From Octopus sinensis (Eukaryota): 55,507 nucleotides of DNA. A program made the position numbers and the translations under genes. Shown here piece by piece: positions 53,068 through 55,507 of this stretch. Under the pieces are notes generated by a model. It made no database searches and had not been told where the DNA came from. It saw only the letters and a list, made by a program, of their open reading frames with translations. The DNA is taken from assembly GCF_006345805.1 (NCBI RefSeq), contig NW_021834383.1, positions 1 to 55,507 on the forward strand. Direction: 5' to 3'. How positions within the stretch are numbered: the stretch's first letter is position 1; each line of letters begins with the position of its first letter.

Positions 53068-53791
53068 TGTGTGTGTGTGTATGATGGAGTCTTCCGACGA
53101 AGACGACGTATGAGCGTTCAGCTTTCTGCCGAACGACCTACACAGATGATTCGTTTATAGTGATCAAATATTCGTGCCATACATTAACTCACTCTCCTCC
53201 ATCAAATCGACGTTGCCTGAACAGGGGCAGGGTGTACCATGCGTCAGGTGTCGAAGTGATGGCAGAACAACGCAAGATGAAGGGCTTAGCTCCAGAACAC
53301 ATAACACCATCCAGTCTAGGAAACCACGACTTTTGTGAGTGCCAAATCCTAACCATTAGGCCATAAGCCTATATATATATATATATAGATATATATATAT
53401 ATATATAAATAATGATGTATATATATGTGTATTATTAAACTGATATATTATTCTATACACATCACACAAATTCGAAACAATATATATATATATATATATA
53501 TATGTAATCCAAACATGAAAACACAACAACGCGAGGACGTAGAGCAAGTATGGTGTTATTGGACGCTCAGGAAAGGAAAGAAAGAAGGAGGATTTAACGT
53601 TTCGAGTGGAGCTCTTCGTCAGAAACATAGGAAAAGGAAAGATCCAAGGAAGGGAAGACGGAGGAAAAAACATCGCCAACGGTACACACGCGGTCACATT
53701 TTGAATCATTTTGAATACCCATATATATACACACACACACTTCGTTTTTATGCTGTGTATATATATATATCTATATATTATATATATATGC

Positions 53792-53843
<52 letters not shown>

Positions 53844-54150
53844 GTGTGTGTGTGTTTATATACGTGTATTATATATCATATATGTACACACGCACACACA
53901 CACACACATGTCTATACATATGTATATATCTATGTGTGTGTGCATGTATGTCTTTGTATTTTGACACTCGTTGCTGATTTATTTACGTTCCCAGAACTTA
54001 GCGGTTCGGCAAAAGAAAATGATAGAATAAATATCAGACTTTAAAAGAAAATGTAAGTCCTGGGATCGATTTATTCGATTAAAACACTTGAGGGCGTAGC
54101 TCCAGCATGGCCGCAGTCAAATGACTAAAACAGGTAAAAAGATAAAGTAC
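52900..54150 (+). mobile_element. SINE family A split by nested insertions
   Basis: Head/centre at 52900-53010 and tail at 53950-54150. A SINE D (-, 53085-53368) and a hammerhead-like element sit in the internal (TA)n. Confidence 0.75.
53503..53700 (-). mobile_element. Short hammerhead-like element, copy 2 (core intact)
   Basis: Minus strand 53626-53592: guuu-CUGACGA-A-GAG-cucca-CUC-GAAAC-GUU-aaau. Confidence 0.7.
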
Positions 54151-54191
54151 AAAAGTTGCTGCTCTATCAGATTGTGGTTAATTTAATGCAA

Positions 54192-54572
54192 CTTTACTTG
54201 TTTCAGTCATGTGACTGTGGCCATGCTGGAGCACCCTCCACCGAATCATCCCCAGGACTTATTTTTTAAAATCTCAGTTACTTATTCTATCCGTCTTCCT
54301 TTGCCGAACCGCTAGATATATGAGACGTAAATGCACCTTGACCGGTTGGGAAGCGGTGGTGGGGGACAAACGTAGCGATACACACAAACACACACATAGA
54401 TACACACACATATACGACTGGCTTCCACACAGCTTCTGTGGGTCACATCCACACAGAAGGTTTTGGTCATCCCGAAGCCATAGTAGAAAAACTTGCTGAA
54501 GGTGCCACGCAGTGGGACTGAACCCGGAACCATTTGGTTGGGAAGCATGCTCTTACAACACAACTATGTCTC
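54192..54572 (-). mobile_element. SINE family A
   Basis: Reverse complement of a full copy. Confidence 0.88.
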
Positions 54573-54658
54573 CGGCTATAAACGTGGTCGGTTACTCTTA
54601 TGAAAATAGCAACCGAATCACTCTTGCAGTAGAAAAATAGGGCGCGTTGGATAATATA

Positions 54659-55507
54659 CGAGGGGAGTTCAATAAGTAATGCCCCTGACCCACTTCCCAT
54701 AGCAGTAGAGCAACGAAACTTGGCACAGTTATTAGTCTTTTTCTACATAGGAACCACCACCAAACCAAGAGTTACGCATTTCTCCCATTGTTTGATGCAG
54801 CTCTGGAGACCGTTTTTGTAGAAGACCCAGCTTGGTCCTCCAACTCTCAACGTGACTTCAGAATCAAGGCTGCATCATCTGGGAAACGCTTTCCTTTCAA
54901 AAACAACTTCATGACTGGGAAGAGGTGAAAATCAGAGGGTGCAATGTCAGGAAAGTTGGGGGGATGGGGGAGGAGTTCATAGAGCCATATGCCTGTGCTT
55001 CTGATCTGGCGACAAGCGAGTTGTGGACTGGAGCGTTGTCCTGCAGGAGGAGGATGCCTTTGCTGATCTTGCTCCGCCTCTTGATTTGATAACTTCTCTT
55101 AATTTCCTCAAAAGTGAAGCATAATAGGCTCCTGCTCCTGCAATTGTGTACCCTTTGCCAGGAAATCTGTCATCACTACTCCGTCCTGGTCCCGAAGACT
55201 GTGAGCATGACCTTGCCAGCGGAGCTGCACCCTTGCCTTCTTTGGAGGGGGTGAGTCACGGTGCTTCCACTGCATTGATTGGGCTTTGGTCTCTGGATCA
55301 TCGTGATGGACCAGGTTTCATCCTATGTAATCAGTCTTTTGAAAATTTTGACTCATCTTCTTGCACATCTCCAAAGTCACCCTCGAGCACTCGACGCGTT
55401 CTTGCTTCTGGAAAGGCGTGAGCAACCTGGGAATCCATCTGGCGACACCTTTTGCATATGCAAATGGTCATGAATGATAGTTTCCACAGACCCGGTACTA
55501 ATCTTGA
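54659..55507 (-). mobile_element. Dead mariner transposon (D34D, irritans/Hsmar2-like), runs off the window end
   Basis: TA|cgaggggagttcaataagt TIR. Minus-strand translation RWIPRLLTPFQKQERVECS..LIT*DETW..KVMLTV..LLQDNAPVH..LPHPPTFPDIAPSDFHLFP. Confidence 0.95.

Overview
Eukaryotic, AT-rich, extremely microsatellite-dense DNA. About a third is (TA)n, (TACA)n, (CA)n, (TCTA)n, (AAT)n or (GAA)n. The SINE families look like those I recall from octopus genomes, so an Octopus origin is inferred, not proven. Almost all ORFs in the supplied track are translations of microsatellites. The recognisable coding remnants are all decayed transposons: two mariners (D34D), a maT-like DD37D element, an R4/Dong-type RLE LINE, a Penelope-like element, RTE and CR1/L2-type LINE pieces, and a Helitron. 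There are about 30 tRNA-derived SINE copies of four families and several MITE or foldback elements. No host gene can be named. A few short splice-site-bounded open segments (best at 52460-52587 and 9522-9684, minus strand) may be exons of a large-intron gene. The most interesting signals are: (i) a ~200-bp non-coding retroelement carrying a minimal hammerhead-ribozyme-like core, found twice nested in the internal (TA)n tract of a SINE; (ii) foldbacks made of inverted hammerhead-like termini; (iii) a ~540-bp element sitting inside (AAT)n arrays; (iv) a ~480-bp foldback embedded in (TA)n. Together they suggest microsatellite-targeting parasites of parasites. Coordinates were counted by hand; ends of decayed elements are approximate.
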